Assembly: GCA_020184695.1 (NCBI GenBank)
Contig: JAANOX010000256.1
Coordinates: 1 to 64,000 of the forward strand
Direction of reading: 5' to 3'
Source: Histomonas meleagridis 2922-C6/04-290x
Lineage: Eukaryota > Protista > Parabasalia
Length of the DNA stretch: 64,000 nt
Under the pieces are notes generated by a model that worked only from the letters and a program-made list of their open reading frames with translations, did no database searches and was not told the DNA's origin. Of this stretch, positions 59,125-64,000 are shown one piece after another. A program made the translations under genes and the position numbers. Within the stretch, counting starts at the first letter, position 1. Each line of letters begins with the position of its first letter.

Positions 59125-59727
59125 ATGCTTGCTTTACTTGCAACCTTTGCTTGCTCAATCCCAAGCTCTGGAAGGGCAACATTCACCACAACAGTCAATG
59201 TTCGTGCTTCCCCATCAACATCATCAGCTGTTGTTGCACAATACAGTGCTGGTCAATCTGTTACCTATGATAGCATCTACTCTAACGAAGGCCGCACATG
59301 GATTTCATACATTGGTGGATCAGGAAACCGTCGCTATTGCTGCGCAATTGATACAAACGGAGCTCAATATATCACAGTTGGTGGTGGTGGCAGTCCATCT
59401 CCAAGCCTTCCATACTTACAACGCCAATCAAGCCACTCCTCAGTTCGTCAATGGGGTTGCCTCTTCTGCGCCTGCTGCTGGGTTGGTGGACTCAACACAA
59501 TTGGTGAAGTCGATGCTGCTTTCACATGGGCCAGGAACAACAACTACGTCCGTTGGGATGCATATGTTTTAATCGGTTCACAAGATCTCTCTCAACGTAT
59601 CGCTAACCATTATGGACGCACTAAGAAGTCAGGATGTGTCATCGTTCACGGAAATGGTCACTTCTATGTCACTGACACAAGCGGCAGAGAAATCTACAAT
59701 TCTGCTGGTTGGGGCTGGGGTCATTAA
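59125..59727 (+). CDS. Secreted SH3b (SH3_5-type) + papain-fold C39-like cysteine peptidase; putative bacterial cell-wall hydrolase
   Basis: Signal MLALLATFACS; VNVRASPSTSSAVVAQYSAGQSVTYDS..WISYIGGSGNRRY; GGGGSPSPS linker; YLQ..WGCLFC, GHFYV, IYNS. Confidence 0.75.
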   Translation: MLALLATFACSIPSSGRATFTTTVNVRASPSTSSAVVAQYSAGQSVTYDSIYSNEGRTWISYIGGSGNRRYCCAIDTNGAQYITVGGGGSPSPSLPYLQRQSSHSSVRQWGCLFCACCWVGGLNTIGEVDAAFTWARNNNYVRWDAYVLIGSQDLSQRIANHYGRTKKSGCVIVHGNGHFYVTDTSGREIYNSAGWGWGH

Positions 59728-60351
59728 ATAAAACCTCCTCACTATTCACGTTTTTTATTCAATATTTTGAATGTAAGAGTTCCTTTTTTTATTGTAAACT
59801 TCTTTTTAACGAAGTAATTAATTGTACAATTAATTATGTAAAATAAACAATACTTCTATATATCATAAATCATCATTAATCTGGCATTAGGTTGAATAAG
59901 GTCAAGGAGCTGCCTATTATATCTTAAGAATATGTTTGTTTGAGTTAAAAAAAAAAAATTTTGTTTGCATTAAATGAACGTTTATTTGAGATAACGTATT
60001 TTATGTAATCAAATGGATTTTGTTGTGAAGATTTCGAGGAAGTTCAGATTCCTGTTGATATCACAGTTTCGAGCTACGAAACTCTCCTAATTTTAATGAA
60101 AATCTAATTATGCCGGCGTTTTGATGCCAACAATTTCACTACAAGTACACAAATTATTGACCATATTATAGAACTTGCAAGTACTTTTCAGGATGATCAA
60201 TTACAGTTTGTAATTTCATGTTTGCAGCGCTTGCCAAAAATTCGTGTGCTTCAAAATGGGCGCTATTCAATACGAATTAATTCCTATTCAAAAATTGAAA
60301 ATTGAAAAGATTATTTCCGAAACGATAACTTTTTTAATTAAAAATTGGGGT

Positions 60352-60744
60352 TTAAGTAAACTCCGAAAACAAGTTTGAGAACTCGGCTTCAATTTCAAGT
60401 CCTAATGGGTCCGAAAAACTTAACTCCGAAAAGAATTCTGGGATTTGATTATCATATGGAAGGATTGTTTCTTCTTTCTGTGGAATTTCGAAATTTTCAA
60501 TTTTCATCAACTCATCTTCAAATGAAATTGGCTTTGAGCTTGCAAGCATACTTTGCGAAGCAATAGCAGGTTGAGGAGGCTCAGAAATTATAGGCTTTGA
60601 TGCCGGTGTATGAAAATTTTGACTTGTTAAAGAATTAACCGGACGGCCTTTTTCGTTGAGCTCGTAGCGGTGCTTAAGTGTTCCGTCTGGTGAATAAATG
60701 CAGATGTATTTAATGGCGACTCTTGGGTTTGCAAATTTTCCCAT
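60352..60744 (-). CDS. Hypothetical protein (130 aa), conserved-looking N-terminus with Pro/acidic C-terminus
   Basis: ATG 60744 after Inr TCAC; MGKFANPRVAIKY..YSPDG..YELNEKGR. Confidence 0.65.
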   Translation of the reverse strand: MGKFANPRVAIKYICIYSPDGTLKHRYELNEKGRPVNSLTSQNFHTPASKPIISEPPQPAIASQSMLASSKPISFEDELMKIENFEIPQKEETILPYDNQIPEFFSELSFSDPLGLEIEAEFSNLFSEFT

Positions 60745-61288
60745 TTGTGAAGTGAAGTACACAAAATTTGAATTAAACACAAATTTTATTTCAAAAAAAA
60801 TTAACTAAAAAAACAGCTCACATACTGATTAAAAGTGAAGGTTAGAAAGAAGATAGCGAGGTGTGGCCAAAGGAGATTCGATTTGTTGTTTGATAGTTTG
60901 ATTATGAAAAAATTTTGATTAATTAATAAATATTAGCATTTGATTTAGATGATTAATTTACATCAAATTAATGATGAAGTAGTAATGCTTCCGTGTGTTG
61001 ATGGGAAATACGGAATTGTAAAGTGAAATTATTTTTTTGAAAATTCAAGAAAAAAAATCATGCTTTTATTTTCGATATTTTCATAAAACACAAGTTTGTT
61101 TTTATTATTTTCACTTGTAAATATTGTGAAAACCTTTTAGAAAAATGATTTTTTAGTTTGAATAACGAAAGTTAACATGTTATTTGTAAATCATAGAATA
61201 TTTGGAGTGCCCTAATTTAACGGTTATTGATGACCAAACGAAGCTTCTTAATTTCATATTAGAAGTACAAAGGAAAAAAATGTATGTT

Positions 61289-61353
61289 TTGTGATGATGA
61301 GATTTTCCTCTCGTTCAGCAACTTGGTGGTGAGGTTAAGATCTCTCTGAACAA
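61289..61353 (+). ncRNA. Candidate box C/D snoRNA
   Basis: TTGT-g-ATGATGA(box C)...GTGGTGA(C'-like)...CTGA(box D)-ACAA: 4-bp terminal stem, 65 nt, intergenic. Confidence 0.45.
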
Positions 61354-61919
61354 GATTAAATTGATCTAACACGCAGAATTTATCTTTAAAGTAATTTTCA
61401 AATTAAGATTTTCGATAAATTTTCTTAATAAACACTGCTTTTTATAAACAAAAGATATTTGTTTGAAATTTTTAAGAAGAAGAAAAAATTGAAATGAAGT
61501 TAATAAATCTAAATTTTTGCTAATATAAGATTAAGTAATGTTTTTAACTATTAAATATTTTTTATGAAACTGTTTCTTTTTTTTGTGTGTGCAATTGAGA
61601 CATCAAAAATTGGAGTAATTAAATTTCTTCAATTTTTTATAATTTTGTATATACAATAACCACCTTTTAATTTTGTAATCACTTTTAACTTGTTGGAATA
61701 TTTACATTGTCCTTCACCAGAAGTAAATTTTGGTGATTTTGAAAAAGAATTTTGTCATTTTGCATATTTCACATCAAATGTCTCTCGTTTTTCCCGCCAA
61801 CGAATTTAAAGCATTTAATTATCATTCAATATTTTATTGACCAAAACGACATCGGAAATTTTGCAAAGATAAATTGACTATGGTCCGTTCGATTAAAAAA
61901 CCAAAATCAAAATTTTCAG

Positions 61920-63149
61920 ATGTCACGTAGAGCCCAAAAATGCGAAGCTTGCGGTGCGATTGGTACCATTATTGAGGATACATCCCGTGGTTGCATGGTA
62001 TGTACTTCATGCGGTTCCATCATTCAGCAATCCGTCTTAATCAACGAAGTCGATTTCACAGAACTCAGCAACGGTACCACATCGCGTAATGGGCAATTTG
62101 TTGCATCAGCGTCACAAAAGTCAAATTCGTTCATATCAACTCAAAGTTCAATAGAAGGCAAAGCGCGTATCCAATCCATTTGCGATCAGCTCCCACGTCT
62201 TGCAAATCAGCCCGACGTCTGCGAGCTCGCAGAACGGATTTTTAAGAAGGCATTACATGAAAGATTTATTCGCGGCAGAACAATCGAAATCGTCGCCGCT
62301 GCATGTGTATATGTCGCAATCCGCCAAAAGCGTTCCACCGGCTATTTATTAGTCGATGTTGCCGATCATGTTAATTGCGGAATATTCGAATTAGCGGCAA
62401 CAGCTTTACGACTTTCGACATGCGTAAACGAGCTTATGCCAGTTATCGACCCAACTTTATACATCGATCGATTTGCCGATGAATTGAAATTCGGTCGACT
62501 TTCAAGCGATATCAAAGAAACAGCAATCAAAGTAATCCGAAGATTAGACAGAGATTGGATCCAAACAGGGCGTAAACCTGCGGGCGTATGTGGTGCTGCG
62601 ATAATGATCGCAGCACGAATCCATAAAGTCGATCTCACAAAGGAAACAATCTTAAAATGCGCGCGTGTGTGTAATGCAACTATCACCAAAAGGTTAAATG
62701 AAATCTCGAGGACGAATTTGGCCAAATCTAGTATCAATGAGCTCCGAGAAAACCAAGATTTGCTTCAAGAAGAAACACACGAATTACCTCCTGCGATGTT
62801 AATTAATAAGAAGTTGAATGAAATTAGTGAGAAATTAAAGGCGCCAAAGAAAGAAGAATTGTTGGATGGCAATTTTGATGATGAAGAATTGGATGATGTC
62901 GATGATTTGATTTTGTCAACAGAAGAAGCAGAGAAAAGATCTGCTTTGTTTTATACTATGTATAAATCAAAGTTAAATCAGCCGCCTAAAGAACCAAAGC
63001 CGAGAAGAAATAAAAAGAAGGAACAATTGATCGATGAAGATAAATTCGATCAAAAGGAAAAATCATTCGAAATAGAAGAAGGTGAAGAAGTATATCATGA
63101 TGATGACGTTTTACAAAGTGATCCAGGCGAAATAGATGATTTTTATTAA
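61920..63149 (+). CDS. BRF1: TFIIB-related factor BRF1 (TFIIIB subunit)
   Basis: Zn ribbon CEAC..CTSCG, IRGR..VAAACVY, IDPTLYIDRFA, RDWIQTGRKPAGVCGAA. Confidence 0.93.
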   Translation: MSRRAQKCEACGAIGTIIEDTSRGCMVCTSCGSIIQQSVLINEVDFTELSNGTTSRNGQFVASASQKSNSFISTQSSIEGKARIQSICDQLPRLANQPDVCELAERIFKKALHERFIRGRTIEIVAAACVYVAIRQKRSTGYLLVDVADHVNCGIFELAATALRLSTCVNELMPVIDPTLYIDRFADELKFGRLSSDIKETAIKVIRRLDRDWIQTGRKPAGVCGAAIMIAARIHKVDLTKETILKCARVCNATITKRLNEISRTNLAKSSINELRENQDLLQEETHELPPAMLINKKLNEISEKLKAPKKEELLDGNFDDEELDDVDDLILSTEEAEKRSALFYTMYKSKLNQPPKEPKPRRNKKKEQLIDEDKFDQKEKSFEIEEGEEVYHDDDVLQSDPGEIDDFY

Positions 63150-63249
63150 TGACATTTTGTATAAAATTTTTATATTAATTAAGTTTGATGTGATGCATCA
63201 AAATGTTGTGTGGAATTGACTACTTTATTGTCTCACAAAAAATCAACTT

Positions 63250-63911
63250 TTGAATGAATTAAATGCACTTACAAAAACAAATACTTTTACTAAATTAAAA
63301 ACTTTTACTGAATATAATACGCTTACAAAAACAAATACTTTTGCTAAATCAAGCATAGTTTCTGTTTCTAATTCAAGGCATGCGCATACTTTTACAAAGC
63401 AAGTATTGTTTACCGAAACAAAAAATATTGAATCATTAACATTTGATAAATCACATTGGAACATTATATCTTTATCATTAACCTTTTCAATATCATTAGT
63501 TCAAACAACGTCATTTTGTTATTCTACATTTATAAGCACTATTTCACGTACAATTATGACTCAGAAGAGAAATATATTTTTACAGATTTTATTTATCATG
63601 AATATACAGTTATTGTATACTCATCACTTATGTTTTTATTCAAATTATTTCGTAAATATTTAGCTGATATATCTTCAAGTGAATCTTCACACAATAATAA
63701 AATAATAATTGTTGTAGCTGTTTGTGTTGTAATTGTTGTTGCTTTACTTTTTATTTTTTTAATCAGAATTCGAATTCACACGTGAAGAATAAATGAAGAA
63801 AATCAAAATGATGCACAAAACTCATTTGTATCTGTAATCACAAAATCAAATACTGAAGAAGATCCTTTTGCGGATGATTTTAAAGAAGAAAAATTTATTA
63901 ATCAAATATAA
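63250..63911 (+). pseudogene. Orphan C-terminal part (Ser/Thr stalk, TM, EEDPFADDF tail) of a BspA/Pmp-type surface gene
   Basis: TKTNTFT repeats, frameshift, TM IIIVVAVCVVIVVALLFIFLI, premature TGA at 63783, then NTEEDPFADDFKEEKFINQI* in frame to 63911. Confidence 0.75.
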
Positions 63912-64000
63912 ATAAAAAATATACATAGTCCATTTATTAATTTTTAATTAAATTCTAAAATTATTTTATTAAAATAGAGAAATAACCATAAGAAAGCATA

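Noticed and set aside
59111-59572. Overlapping 153-aa ORF
   Set aside because: Alternative frame of the SH3b-peptidase gene, with a TTG start and no motifs.
60971-61026. Second box C/D-like RNA
   Set aside because: Box C is present, but the D box reads GTGA and the terminal stem is only AT pairs in AT-rich DNA.

Overview
AT-rich eukaryotic DNA from a parabasalid (Trichomonas/Tritrichomonas-like; inferred from BspA-type LRR genes, TCA(Y) initiator motifs, a 23-nt type-B-like intron and TAA(A) stop/polyA signals). About the first 9 kb is a pseudogene/transposon graveyard: a DUF3447-ankyrin gene with regularly interrupted ankyrin repeats, a BspA remnant, a DEAD-box helicase remnant, a Kolobok-like transposase remnant and a Tc1/IS630-type element with TIRs. 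The rest is gene-dense: serpin, ABCB half-transporter, membrane-anchored beta-helix glycoside-hydrolase-like protein, two BspA proteins, two Rabs, a BEACH protein, CYRI/FAM49, a metallophosphoesterase, an intron-containing HP1-like gene, an M60-like zinc peptidase, a CPC thioredoxin, an atypical Ras, PTEN, a TMEM107-like protein, a 503-bp perfect inverted gene duplication, an acyltransferase, a disrupted TKL kinase, Myb, a PHF5-like zinc protein, an SH3b-cysteine peptidase and BRF1. The best leads are the secreted SH3b + C39-like putative bacterial cell-wall hydrolase and the ankyrin array in which every repeat is split at the same position by a 20-mer-based insert. All family calls come from motif recognition by eye; no database searches were run.
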